Assembly: GCA_021734995.1 (NCBI GenBank)
Contig: JAIPHX010000005.1
Coordinates: 4,099-68,098 of the forward strand
Direction of reading: 5' to 3'
Source: Minisyncoccota bacterium
Lineage (GTDB): Bacteria > Patescibacteriota > Minisyncoccia > Phycocordibacterales > UBA9973
Length of the DNA: 64,000 nucleotides
Shown here: piece by piece, positions 31,401-40,522 of the stretch
Layout of the letters: each line of letters starts with the position of its first letter
Numbering within the stretch: the stretch's first letter is position 1
Notes under the pieces: generated by a model
What the model saw: only the letters and a program-made list of their open reading frames with translations
Told to the model about the DNA's origin: nothing
The model's database searches: none
Translations under genes and position numbers: made by a program

Positions 31401-32024
31401 AAAATATTGGCTGATCAAAACGAAAAAGCAGTTGACGGTAAAAAAGAAGTAGAATACACTGTACCATTTCGTCGTGTTCCTATTGTAAAAAAGGGAGACA
31501 AAGTAAAAAAAGGACAATTGATCACAGACGGTTCTGCAGATATCTCTGAAATATTTAAATTGGCTGGTAAAGAAGTAGTAGAAGAATATATTATTCAAGA
31601 AATAAACAAAGTGTATGAGTTGCAAAGTGCTTCTATTTCTCGTAAACACACAGAGATTATCGTACGTCAAATGTTTTCTAGAAGAAAAATAAAAGATGCA
31701 GGAGAGACTAATTTTTCATCTGGAGATATTGTTGAAAACGTAGCTTTAATTGAAGAAAACGAAAGAGTAGAAAAATCAGGAGGTAAAACAGCAAAAGCGG
31801 AGATTATCGTTCTTGGTATAACAGAAGTTTCTCTACGCACAAAGAGTTGGTTGTCTGCTGCTTCTTTCCAAAATACTAATCGTGTGTTGATAGAAAATGC
31901 AATCAAAGGAGGGGTAGATAATCTTCGTGGATTAAAAGAAAATGTAATTATCGGAAGATTGATACCAGCTGGTACAGGTTTTAAACAAAAAATTCCTAGT
32001 ACACAAGAAAGTTCTGACAACTAG
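28404..32024 (+). CDS. rpoC: RNA polymerase beta' subunit
   Basis: Zn finger CYCGKY...CEKCG, GKRVDYSGR, NADFDGDQMA, GEPGTQLTLRTFH. Confidence 0.99.
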   Translation: MKTLNITDFDSIILKLASPEQIKEWSYGEVTKPETINYRTGRSERGGLFDEKIFGPEKDYECYCGKYRRIRYKDIICEKCGVEVTRSIVRRERMGHIELATPVAHIWFLRGVPSRMSILLNISVSDLEKVVYFAGYIVTKVHEEEKESMIQNLEKEYKAKLKNTSDEETKEKLKELFTTAKKEVGEIYEGKVLSEISFHHFSLKYGTCFEANIGAEAIYYIFKNLDLNKLKVHTETMLEKASSVDKEKLQKRLSLIRAMIHANIRPEWMFLTIIPVIPPVLRPMVALDGGRHATSDLNDLYRRVINRNNRLKKLKEISAPDVILRNEKRIIQEAVDALIDNSIAKQGDSAMSQSQKRPLKSLSDNLKAKQGLFRQNLLGKRVDYSGRSVIVVGPNLNLNQCGLPKHMALELFRPFIISKILQAELAFNIRGANKLIEERTPEVWAMLEEVIKGKYVLLNRAPTLHRLGIQAFNPILIEGNAIQVHPLVCAAFNADFDGDQMAVYVPLLEEAQMEAKELMAANKNLLKPQDGNPIVHPSKDVVLGSYWMTKSVDGEKGEGKDFPNPNIAITAFEYGVVSLRAKIKVLGTNTDKYKQFNGKLFDTSVGRLLFNSILPNDFPYVNDEMNQKRLSALVDELIMHYGVDNTPPLLDKIKQFGFKYSTYSGTTWGIDNIKLPKEKEAIVAEGREQERKIVNEWQDGLLSEDEKHQKIIEIWTHAKKELEKVLSDTLDKNGSTFDLFTSGARGTMTSLIQMVGMKGLIQNNQGKTLEFPIIPSFHEGLSPIEYFVTTHGARKGASDTALNTAKAGYLTRRLVDVAQDIVITEEDCGTKEGKILHKENVSGIEIPLSKNIRGRVLASDLKDKDGNVIHKRGFLITKEEAVNIEKMGVEEVNVRSPFTCKTAHGLCQQCYGLDLGRNHLVKLGEAIGIVAAQAIGEPGTQLTLRTFHAGGVAGTDITTGLPRVEEIFERRIPKNPALISEVDGEVIEISDKGTKEKLIKILADQNEKAVDGKKEVEYTVPFRRVPIVKKGDKVKKGQLITDGSADISEIFKLAGKEVVEEYIIQEINKVYELQSASISRKHTEIIVRQMFSRRKIKDAGETNFSSGDIVENVALIEENERVEKSGGKTAKAEIIVLGITEVSLRTKSWLSAASFQNTNRVLIENAIKGGVDNLRGLKENVIIGRLIPAGTGFKQKIPSTQESSDN

Positions 32025-32059
32025 TTCTTTTTAAAAGTTTTCTTTTTTAAATTTGCCTT

Positions 32060-33862
32060 ATGAATATTCAAAGCGGGGCAAGTACCCCTGTGCAAAAAAT
32101 TAAGGAGAGGCTTAGCATTGAAGAAGTTATTTCTTCATATATTAAGCTTGAACAGATTGGAGCAAATCTGAAAGCCAGATGTCCTTTTCATAACGAGAAG
32201 TCTCCTTCTTTTTTTGTTTCTCCTGACAGAAATAGCTATTATTGTTTTGGTTGTGGTGCAAAAGGAGATATTTTTACTTTTGTGGAAGAATTTGAAGGTT
32301 TGGATTTCAAAGGGGCTCTGAAGCTTTTGGCAGAAAAAGCTGGAGTTTCTCTATCTGAATTTAAAAAAGAGAATGTGGCTGAGATTTCTGAGAAAGAAAA
32401 ATTGTACTCTATCATGGAGAAAGCAGAAGAATATTTTGTTGCTAATTTGAAAAATGAAAATGAAGCTTTAGAATATTTAAAACAAAGGGGGGTAAGCGAA
32501 AAAACTGTTACTGATTTTAGAATTGGTTTTGCAAAATCTGAATGGAGAGGTATTGATGAAAATTTAGGAAAGTTTTTTTCTAAAATAGATTTAGAAAAAG
32601 CTGGTCTGATTAAAAAAACTGAAAAAGGATACTACGACAGATTTAGAAGTAGAATAATGTTTCCTATTAAAGATTCTAGCGGTAGAACTATAGCTTTCTC
32701 GGGTAGATTGTTTGTAAATGAAAAAGATAAAAATGAAGGAAACAAACTTGCCGAAGGAGCAAAATATATAAATAGTCCAGAAACTCCTATTTTCAAAAAA
32801 TCATCAGTTTTGTTTGGGATAGATAGAGCCAAGGATTCTATTAGAAAAAATGATTTTTCTATTATTGTGGAAGGTCAGTTTGATTTGATAATGTCTCATC
32901 AAGCTGGATTTAGAAATACAGTAGCTACTTCTGGAACAGCTCTTAGCGAAAAAGATCAATCCGAGGATTATAAAGTAAATAGTTTGGGTTTGATTAAACG
33001 CTTGTCACAAAATGTAGTTTTTGTTTTTGACCCAGACAAAGCAGGCTTCGCGGCTTCTATGCGTGCTGCCTCTATTGCTCTAGCTTTAGATATGAATGTG
33101 AAAGCATCAGATATTGGAGAAGGTATTGACCCAGCAGATTTAATCGCTCAAAAAGGAGTAGATGCATGGAAAGAAGTAATAAGAAACGCCAAGCATATTA
33201 TAGAATTTCTGTTAGATAAATTTATAAGTAATATTTCGAAAGACCAATTGAAAATGAAATTGGAGGTAGAATCCAAGATTCTTCCATACCTTGTATATAT
33301 CCAAAATCCAGTTAAAAAATCTCATTTTATTTCAGTTATTTCTCACAAGACCGGCATTCGAGAAGAAGACATAAGAGAAATATTAAAAAGTAAATTTACA
33401 GATGAAAAACAATATGAAAATAATGAAGATAAGATTTTAGACAAAAAGACAGATAGTATTTTGTTTAAAAAAGACTATATTTTGCGAAGGTTGTTGGGAA
33501 TAATTTTATGGCAAAAGAGTTTGGCGCAAAATACACTTCCTTTGGAAGATATTGTGCAAAAACTTCAAGTAATTTTAAATAAAAAAATAGAAGATGTTTT
33601 GTTAGATTTTGAAAATGATACTTCAGATTTGATTTTTGAAGCAGAAAACTTTTATAACATAGGTACAGACTTAAATCAGGATGTAAAAGAAATGTTGGCT
33701 AATCTAGAAGAAGAAAATTTAAAAATTATGTTATCACAAAAAATGTTGGATTTACAATTTGCTGAAAAAAAGAGTGATAAAGATAAAATAAATATTTTAT
33801 TAAAAGAGATTGGAGATTTGAATAATCAGGTCCAAAATATTAAAAGCGGTCGTGTGAAATAA
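32060..33862 (+). CDS. dnaG: DNA primase
   Basis: CPFHNEKSPSF...CFGC, DRFRSRIMFPI, KYINSPET, VEGQFD, FDPDKAG. Confidence 0.97.
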   Translation: MNIQSGASTPVQKIKERLSIEEVISSYIKLEQIGANLKARCPFHNEKSPSFFVSPDRNSYYCFGCGAKGDIFTFVEEFEGLDFKGALKLLAEKAGVSLSEFKKENVAEISEKEKLYSIMEKAEEYFVANLKNENEALEYLKQRGVSEKTVTDFRIGFAKSEWRGIDENLGKFFSKIDLEKAGLIKKTEKGYYDRFRSRIMFPIKDSSGRTIAFSGRLFVNEKDKNEGNKLAEGAKYINSPETPIFKKSSVLFGIDRAKDSIRKNDFSIIVEGQFDLIMSHQAGFRNTVATSGTALSEKDQSEDYKVNSLGLIKRLSQNVVFVFDPDKAGFAASMRAASIALALDMNVKASDIGEGIDPADLIAQKGVDAWKEVIRNAKHIIEFLLDKFISNISKDQLKMKLEVESKILPYLVYIQNPVKKSHFISVISHKTGIREEDIREILKSKFTDEKQYENNEDKILDKKTDSILFKKDYILRRLLGIILWQKSLAQNTLPLEDIVQKLQVILNKKIEDVLLDFENDTSDLIFEAENFYNIGTDLNQDVKEMLANLEEENLKIMLSQKMLDLQFAEKKSDKDKINILLKEIGDLNNQVQNIKSGRVK

Positions 33863-33885
33863 CATTAGAAAATAATTAAAAATTT

Positions 33886-35160
33886 ATGGCAAAAAAAACA
33901 TCTAGGAAAGTTTCCAAAAAGAATGTTAAGAAAGTAAAAAAAGTAGTGGCTTTAAAAAAGCCAGTTAAAAAAGTGACAAAAAAAATAAAAAGTAAGACAA
34001 TAGCCAAAAAAAAGGTAATCAAAAAAACTGCTAAGACGAAAAAAGTAGTATCAAAAAAGGTATCGAATTTAAAGAAAAAAACATCTGCCGAAAAAAAGAT
34101 TGAAGAGTTGAATCGCTTAGCAGATGAAATCATAGAGAAGGGTAGAAAGAGAGGATTTATTACTTATGATGAAATTTTGAAGTCATTTCCTGATATTGAA
34201 AATAATATTCTATTCTTAGATGAATTGTATGAAAGATTCTCCTCAGCTGGAATAGATGTGTTGGAGGGAGGTAATCTTCTTGACTTGGATAATGATGGAC
34301 TTGAAAAAGGCTTAGGGAAATCAGCAATGCATGACTCTATCCAAATGTATCTAAAAGAAATAGGACAATATTCACTTATCTATGCTAGTGATGAAAAAGA
34401 CTTAGCTAAAAGAATAGAGCAGGGAGATCCAGAAGCAAAAAATCTTTTAGCTAGAGCAAACTTGCGTCTTGTTGTTTCTATTGCCAAAAAATATGTCGGG
34501 AGAAGTGCAAACTTATCTTTACTTGATTTGATTCAAGAAGGTAATTTGGGTTTATTTAAAGCAGTAGAAAAATTTGATTGGACAAAAGGATATAAGTTTT
34601 CTACTTATGCTACTTGGTGGATTCGTCAATCCATTACAAGAGCACTAGCAGATCAATCAAGAACTATACGTATACCTGTGCACATGGTGGAGACTATTTC
34701 TAAATATAAACAGGTGCACCGTAGGCTTTCTCAGGATCTTGGTAGGGAACCAATGGCAGAAGAGATTGCTACTGAAATGGGTATTCCCGTAGAAAAAATT
34801 CATGTAATTGAAAATATTTCTCAAGAAACAATATCTTTGGAACAGCCAGTAGGAGATGATGAGGACAAATCTACTTTAGAAAATTTTATTCCAGATGATA
34901 AGATTTTAAGGCCAGATCAAGAGTCTTCTAGAAGAATTTTGTCTGATCAAATAAAAGAAGTATTGGAAGAATTAAATGACAAAGAACGCAAAATATTGGA
35001 AATGCGTTATGGATTGAAAGATGGAATTCAGCATACTCTAGAAAAAGTAGGTGAAGAGTTTGGTGTTACTAGAGAGCGTATTAGACAGATAGAAGCAAAA
35101 GTACATGAAAAACTTCGTCAAAATGAAAAGATTGCCCGTCTTAAAAATTATTTTGATTAA
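33886..35160 (+). CDS. rpoD: Primary sigma factor with a Lys-rich N-terminal tail
   Basis: [41 protein letters not shown]; dnaG-rpoD order. Confidence 0.97.
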   Translation: MAKKTSRKVSKKNVKKVKKVVALKKPVKKVTKKIKSKTIAKKKVIKKTAKTKKVVSKKVSNLKKKTSAEKKIEELNRLADEIIEKGRKRGFITYDEILKSFPDIENNILFLDELYERFSSAGIDVLEGGNLLDLDNDGLEKGLGKSAMHDSIQMYLKEIGQYSLIYASDEKDLAKRIEQGDPEAKNLLARANLRLVVSIAKKYVGRSANLSLLDLIQEGNLGLFKAVEKFDWTKGYKFSTYATWWIRQSITRALADQSRTIRIPVHMVETISKYKQVHRRLSQDLGREPMAEEIATEMGIPVEKIHVIENISQETISLEQPVGDDEDKSTLENFIPDDKILRPDQESSRRILSDQIKEVLEELNDKERKILEMRYGLKDGIQHTLEKVGEEFGVTRERIRQIEAKVHEKLRQNEKIARLKNYFD

Positions 35161-35176
35161 CAATAGCAAGTAATTT

Positions 35177-35210
35177 AAAAACCTCTGATTTTTTCAATCA
35201 GAGGTTTTTA
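35177..35210. terminator. Bidirectional terminator between rpoD and the DsbA-family gene
   Basis: AAAAACCTCTGATT...AATCAGAGGTTTTT. Confidence 0.85.
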
Positions 35211-35217
35211 AATGTGT

Positions 35218-35967
35218 TTATTTTAAGTATTTATCTAAAGTAGCAGTAACCATTTCATAGGGTTGAGCTCCCATTATAACATCTACAAGTTTCCCGTTTT
35301 TTATTATAAAACTCACAGGAGTGCCGAGACCTCTATCAAATATTTTTGTCCCAAGAGTATTTCCATCAGTGATGGATTGTTCTATTTTGTTTTTTGGTTC
35401 TTCATTTTCCAAACAACTAGTAAACTTTGCTTTATCTAATCCTAGACTTTGAGCGATATCTGGAAGAGTGCTTGTGTCTAATCCATCGTTTGAAGTAGTG
35501 TTTTCAAATGTCTTATTGATATACAGCCAAAACATTGTATTCCCACCTTGTAGCCAAGCACACTCTGTGGCTATAGCTTCTATATATGCATTTTGGTGTA
35601 ATTGAGCAACTGGGTAGTGTCTATATACCCAAGCTATATCTTCTCCTTTTTCAGAAATTATTCTATTCATTGTCTGATGAAAAACTTTACAAAAAGGACA
35701 CTCAATATCTGAGTACTCTACTACCACTAAGCTTGCATTTTGGTTTCCTAAGATATGGTCTTCATTTGTGACTACAGGAAAATCCACCTCTGAAAGAGAG
35801 CTGGCCACATCCTTTTCTGTATTTTGAGGGGGAGGGGTTCCTTTAAGTAGAATTGCTCCTGCTATAATAACAGCTCCGACTATAAGTGCTTGGGCGATAA
35901 GCTTTGAATTAAGGGCTGATTCTTTTTTTAATTCTTTTATTTCTTCTTGTTTGGTTTCTGTTTCCAT
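35218..35967 (-). CDS. Membrane-anchored DsbA/thioredoxin_4 family oxidoreductase
   Basis: TM segment, YSDIECPFC, YRHYP, GTP, GAQPY. Confidence 0.92.
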   Translation of the reverse strand: METETKQEEIKELKKESALNSKLIAQALIVGAVIIAGAILLKGTPPPQNTEKDVASSLSEVDFPVVTNEDHILGNQNASLVVVEYSDIECPFCKVFHQTMNRIISEKGEDIAWVYRHYPVAQLHQNAYIEAIATECAWLQGGNTMFWLYINKTFENTTSNDGLDTSTLPDIAQSLGLDKAKFTSCLENEEPKNKIEQSITDGNTLGTKIFDRGLGTPVSFIIKNGKLVDVIMGAQPYEMVTATLDKYLK

Positions 35968-36106
35968 TATTTTTTTAAATTATTATTAACATCTGTATTA
36001 TAGCATTTGTTGAAAAAATGGTATAATTGATATATAGAATAAATCCTTGTTCAAACTGGTCTTTTGATAAGGATGAATTATAAATTAATAATAAAAATAT
36101 AAAATT

Positions 36107-36391
36107 ATGTGTTGTAAAAACAGTTCAATGGGTTGGTTACATATGTTAGTAAAAATCCTAGTTGTAGTTGGAGGAATCAACTGGGGATTGGTAGGAGTAA
36201 GTATGCTTATGGGTTCTGCTACACAGTGGAATGTGGTAAACATGCTTTTGGGAGGTATGCCAGTATTAGAAGGTGTTGTGTATCTTCTAGTAGGGGTATC
36301 TGCTATTATGATGCTTTGTGGATGCAAATGTTCAAAGACTTGTGCTTCAGAATGTTCTGCAAATCCTTCAACTCCAACTCAATCAATGTAA
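36107..36391 (+). CDS. DUF378-like small membrane protein with Cys-rich termini
   Basis: ILVVVGGINWGLVG...NVV...VYLLVGVSA. Confidence 0.85.
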   Translation: MCCKNSSMGWLHMLVKILVVVGGINWGLVGVSMLMGSATQWNVVNMLLGGMPVLEGVVYLLVGVSAIMMLCGCKCSKTCASECSANPSTPTQSM

Positions 36392-36414
36392 ATTATCGGG
36401 GTTATATAGGTACT

Positions 36415-36450
36415 AAAAGAAAGGGGCTAAAAAGCCCTTTTCTTTGTTTT
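36415..36450 (+). terminator. Intrinsic terminator
   Basis: AAAGAAAGGGGCT-aaaa-AGCCCTTTTCTTT followed by T-run. Confidence 0.7.
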
Positions 36451-36486
36451 TTAAGGGTTTTGTGGTATAATTAGAGATATTTTATA

Positions 36487-37731
36487 ATGAGCACGATTTC
36501 TGAAGTTATATTCTATGTTCTGACCTTCTTGGCAGTATATGTCCAGGTTTTTTTCTTTGTTACTTTTTTTGAAAACAATAAAAAAATTCAGAACAGAAAA
36601 GGTTCAACCAAGTTAAAAAAATATAAAGGAGTAACAATCATAGTTCCTGCTTTTAATGAAGAAGCTACTCTCTGTAAGACAGTAAGGTCTATTTTAAATT
36701 TAAATTATCAAAAAGATAAGATAAAAATTATTTTAGTAAATGATGGCTCTAAAGATAATACTTTAAAAATGATGAATCGTTTTGCAAAGTATCCAAATAT
36801 TAGAGTTTTCAACAAAGAGAATGGTGGAAAACATACTGCTTTAAATCTAGGATTGGAAAATTTAGAAACTGAATATGTGGGATGTTTGGACGCAGACTCC
36901 ATTGCTGACCCTGATTCTTTAAATCGTATTATGAATGTATTTGAGAATGATCCAACCATAATGGCAGTTACTCCATCAATCGTAGTAACAGAGCCTAAAA
37001 ACCTCTTACAGCACGCGCAGAGAGCTGAATATTTCATGATGGTTTTCATAAAGAAAATGTTTGGTTTTATGGGTGGAATTCATGTGACCCCTGGACCGCT
37101 TACTATTTTTAATAGAAAAGTTTTTGATAATCTTGGCCATTACAAAGAAGCTCACAAAACAGAAGATATGGAGATTGCATTTAGAATGCAAAAAAACAAC
37201 TACCCTATAGAGCAATGCAACGATGCTTATGTTTATACCAATACTCCTCCAACCGTAAAAAAGCTTTTTAAGCAAAGATTACGATGGACTTATGGGGGTA
37301 TAAATATAATGTTGGATTACAAAGATATGTTGTTTAAAAAGAAATATGGGAATTTTTCTTACTTTACTATCCCTACTAGCGTTATCTCTGTCTTCTCTAT
37401 TGTCTTTTTTGTGTTAAAAATTATATATGATTTTGGTAAGTTTGTAGCAGATCAGGTTTTACAAATTAAAACAGTTGGTTTTAGTATGAGCTACACTTTG
37501 CCCAAAATTGACCTATTTTTTGTGGATACAGGGACATTTCTGTTTCTTTCTATATTGATATATATATTCGTGATTGCTTCTATTATGATTGGGTACAAGA
37601 TGGTTACAGGAAGATATAGAATAACAAAAGAATTTTTTTATTATTTTATATTTTTTGTTACTATTTCCCCATTTTGGCTTAGTAAAGCACTTTATAACAC
37701 ATTAACATCTAGAGCTCCTGATTGGAGATAA
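36487..37731 (+). CDS. Processive GT2 glycosyltransferase (IcaA/PgaC/cellulose synthase-like)
   Basis: VPAFNEE, NDGSKD, GGK, DADS, TED, QRLRW; flanking TM helices. Confidence 0.92.
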   Translation: MSTISEVIFYVLTFLAVYVQVFFFVTFFENNKKIQNRKGSTKLKKYKGVTIIVPAFNEEATLCKTVRSILNLNYQKDKIKIILVNDGSKDNTLKMMNRFAKYPNIRVFNKENGGKHTALNLGLENLETEYVGCLDADSIADPDSLNRIMNVFENDPTIMAVTPSIVVTEPKNLLQHAQRAEYFMMVFIKKMFGFMGGIHVTPGPLTIFNRKVFDNLGHYKEAHKTEDMEIAFRMQKNNYPIEQCNDAYVYTNTPPTVKKLFKQRLRWTYGGINIMLDYKDMLFKKKYGNFSYFTIPTSVISVFSIVFFVLKIIYDFGKFVADQVLQIKTVGFSMSYTLPKIDLFFVDTGTFLFLSILIYIFVIASIMIGYKMVTGRYRITKEFFYYFIFFVTISPFWLSKALYNTLTSRAPDWR

Positions 37732-37735
37732 ATAT

Positions 37736-38416
37736 ATGGAAAATAATAAAATTGATTGGAAAAAATATGTGATTGTTTTTTTTATAACATCCTTGCTTTT
37801 TATTTTAGCGTGGTACCTGAGTAATTATTTTAGTGAAAAAAAGTTATCTCAAATAAAAACTATTCAAAATGATATTGCTCTAGACATTTTGTCTTCAGAG
37901 ACTCAGTTTTCTCTTTTATCTGAACTTTCTTGTAAAAATATCACAGCAGAATCTTCTCTTTCTAAAGAGTTAAATGAAATGGGGCAAAAGCTTGAATGGG
38001 GAGAAGATAATATTGATGATAGTAGTGAGCTACTGTATCTTCGCAGATATTATTCTTTGTTACAAATAAAGGACTACCTTCTTTTAAAAAATATTTCTGA
38101 GCGTTGCGGGAATAAATATGCTTTCATTTTGTATTTTTATACAGATGTAGATAATTGTACAGAATGTAAAAGGCAGGGGATAGTATTGTCCTCTCTTCGA
38201 GAGAAATTTCCTAGTTTAAGAGTATATTCTTTTGATTACAGCACCAATCTTTCAGCTATAAAATCTATGCTTCAAATATACAAAGTAGAAGATACCAAGC
38301 TACCCGCATTGGTGCTTGACGATGAGCTTTTGACTGGCTTTCGGTCTATAGAGGAGCTTGAGACTAAGATAGAGAAGTCCTTTGCGTTGAAGGACGAGAG
38401 TAAGAGTAAGGAGTAG
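37736..38416 (+). CDS. Membrane-anchored hypothetical protein with a CxxC thioredoxin-like C-terminus
   Basis: N-terminal TM; ILYFY...CTEC...LRVYSFD...PALV. Confidence 0.7.
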   Translation: MENNKIDWKKYVIVFFITSLLFILAWYLSNYFSEKKLSQIKTIQNDIALDILSSETQFSLLSELSCKNITAESSLSKELNEMGQKLEWGEDNIDDSSELLYLRRYYSLLQIKDYLLLKNISERCGNKYAFILYFYTDVDNCTECKRQGIVLSSLREKFPSLRVYSFDYSTNLSAIKSMLQIYKVEDTKLPALVLDDELLTGFRSIEELETKIEKSFALKDESKSKE

Positions 38417-38522
38417 ACCTAATTTGTTTGTATAAAATTGAAGAGTGCTTTGATTACTTTTTAAAGTGTTTGAATTTCGGTATACTATTGACTCACAGGT
38501 ACTAATTTGGTACCATTTTAAT

Positions 38523-38597
38523 ATGGTTAAAAAGTTATCAACAAAGGCATACACATATCATTGGTTCCACAAATTGGAGCTAGTGGTTTTTGCGTAA
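38523..38597 (+). CDS. Putative leader peptide 1, MVKKLSTKAYTYHWFHKLELVVFA (24 aa)
   Basis: Translated by hand; lies downstream of TATACT (38481-38486) and upstream of a terminator; clustered aromatic and His codons. Confidence 0.6.
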   Translation: MVKKLSTKAYTYHWFHKLELVVFA

Positions 38598-38624
38598 GTA
38601 TCTAACTTTAGATAAACACTCAAA

Positions 38625-38663
38625 AAAACAGGCTCCGAGTAATTCGGAGCCTGTTTTCATTTT
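38625..38663 (+). terminator. Attenuator-like terminator immediately upstream of the HAD gene
   Basis: AAAACAGGCTCCGA-gtaat-TCGGAGCCTGTTTT followed by CATTTT. Confidence 0.8.
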
Positions 38664-39095
38664 ATGAAAATAATTTTTGATTACAACCGAACAATTTTTA
38701 ACCCAGATACAGATAATTTGTATTTTGGTGTCTTGAATTTACTTAAAAAGTTATCCAAGAAATATGAATTATTTTTGGTTAGCAGGAATGAGCCAAATAG
38801 GAAATATATGTTAGAAAAATTAAATATAAAAAATTATTTTCAAGAGATATTTTTTTTAGAAAAAAAATCAAAAAAAAACTTTCAACTAATTGCAAAAGGC
38901 ACAAAAAATGTGGTTGTTGTTGGAGACAGTATTTCCGATGAAATACAAATAGGGAATCAGCTTGGTTTTATAACTGTTCGTTTAAAAAAAGGAAAATTTG
39001 CTACACAAATTCCAAAAAATAAAAAAGAGTTTGCAAAATTTGAAATCATGGATATTAGAGAATTAGAAAATATAATTTTAAATCATGAAAAATAA
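38664..39095 (+). CDS. Small cap-less HAD-superfamily hydrolase
   Basis: Motif I IIFDYNRT, motif II LVS, motif IV VVGDSISDEI..GNQLG. Confidence 0.8.
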   Translation: MKIIFDYNRTIFNPDTDNLYFGVLNLLKKLSKKYELFLVSRNEPNRKYMLEKLNIKNYFQEIFFLEKKSKKNFQLIAKGTKNVVVVGDSISDEIQIGNQLGFITVRLKKGKFATQIPKNKKEFAKFEIMDIRELENIILNHEK

Positions 39096-39174
39096 TATAC
39101 AAAAAAATAAATATTGGCACTGGTATCACTCAAATAAAATAATTTTGGGTTGTTGTATGTGCTTCTCGATTTAA
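39085..39174 (+). CDS. Putative leader peptide 2, MKNNIQKNKYWHWYHSNKIILGCCMCFSI (29 aa)
   Basis: Translated by hand; ATG overlaps the end of the HAD gene; motif matches peptide 1. Confidence 0.55.
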   Translation: MKNNIQKNKYWHWYHSNKIILGCCMCFSI

Positions 39175-39251
39175 TCAAGGAACTCATTCAGTAGCCCAAA
39201 TGGTTTGAGGCTACAAGAAATGGTTCTTTTACAATTAAAAAGGAGTTACAA

Positions 39252-40514
39252 ATGTACAACAAACTGACTAATGTCATTTCTGAATCAGGTATTTGGAGTG
39301 GCACAAGAAAGGAATCACACGCATTCCTGCTTTCACCAAGCGTGTATCAAATTACTGAGGTACAACGTCAAGAACTTCAAACTCTTGGGGTTGCAATCTA
39401 TGACTGCCTGTTGGGTTTGTCCCATATTGCAGTAATCGCATATGACTCAAGTTTGAATTATGGTGGGGCATGGTTACTTGCTCGCCGAGTATTCTCAACA
39501 GGGGTACCGAAAGCCTACCAAGAGCTTCAAGGGATAAATATTAGACATATTCCCAAATTGCTTAAAGTAGATTTAATGGTTGACCAAGATGGTAATTTTA
39601 AGATTGCCGAAATTGACGGTCATAATAAGCATGGGCTTGGATACTCTACTCTAGGTTTAAGATTTCGTGAAGCGTTGTATCCTGAGGCGAAAGCACTTCC
39701 GGGGACTGTCCAAGTTCTTTCTGGGGAGATGAAACGCCTAGGTCATAACGAGATTAAACTTCTCTATGCTGATCAAGAAAGATTCTATGTTCCAGAATTT
39801 GAAGTCGCAAGACAGGAATTTACAAAACATGGAATAAATTGCTCTATTATTTCAGAAATGGAAATCGATGATACATTCCTTGGAAGTGGGATGTTCCTCG
39901 ATTTGCCATTTTTGTATCACAAAAAGGAGTTATATGACACAATCGTTTCTTCTTATAAAAATAGACAGGTGGATTTTATTATTCCACCCAAACCATTTTT
40001 GGGAGCAAAGGGAGTTTTGGCGTTAATTCGAAATGATGGGAGGAATGAGCATCTAGAAAGCTTACTCTCTTCTTTCATTAAGAAGTCTTCGCTTGAACTG
40101 CTGAGAAAATACATCCCGGAAACTTTTCTTGTTGGGAAACAAGCAGAAACAATTGATTCAATAAAAGAAAGATTGTCTCACAAAAGGTTTGTTCTTAAAG
40201 AGTCAATTTCGAGTGGGATGAAAGGTACTGTCTTTTCAGACGAAGAGTGCTTTGATTCTGTACTCACTCGTGCTTGTACAACAAACATGAATTGGATTCT
40301 ACAAGAGGAGGTGGTTAATCAACCGCAGACTTTCTCTTGGTTTGAAAATGAGGGTATAAATAAACCTAAAATTCAAACAACAGATGATTGGTTCATGAGG
40401 GTAACTACTCAGTATATAAATCGTCAACTTGGAGATGTAATAGTAACTGCGTGTCGTGGGAAAGCAGTACATGGTGGGAAAAAATGTCTTCAACTTGGAA
40501 CGATTGTTCTTTGA
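39252..40514 (+). CDS. Circularly permuted ATP-grasp / glutathionylspermidine synthase-like amide ligase
   Basis: N-terminal KVDLMVDQDGNFKIAEID, later FVLKESISSGMKG and WILQEEV; SD AAAGGAG at 39239-39245. Confidence 0.7.
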   Translation: MYNKLTNVISESGIWSGTRKESHAFLLSPSVYQITEVQRQELQTLGVAIYDCLLGLSHIAVIAYDSSLNYGGAWLLARRVFSTGVPKAYQELQGINIRHIPKLLKVDLMVDQDGNFKIAEIDGHNKHGLGYSTLGLRFREALYPEAKALPGTVQVLSGEMKRLGHNEIKLLYADQERFYVPEFEVARQEFTKHGINCSIISEMEIDDTFLGSGMFLDLPFLYHKKELYDTIVSSYKNRQVDFIIPPKPFLGAKGVLALIRNDGRNEHLESLLSSFIKKSSLELLRKYIPETFLVGKQAETIDSIKERLSHKRFVLKESISSGMKGTVFSDEECFDSVLTRACTTNMNWILQEEVVNQPQTFSWFENEGINKPKIQTTDDWFMRVTTQYINRQLGDVIVTACRGKAVHGGKKCLQLGTIVL

Positions 40515-40522
40515 TTTATACA

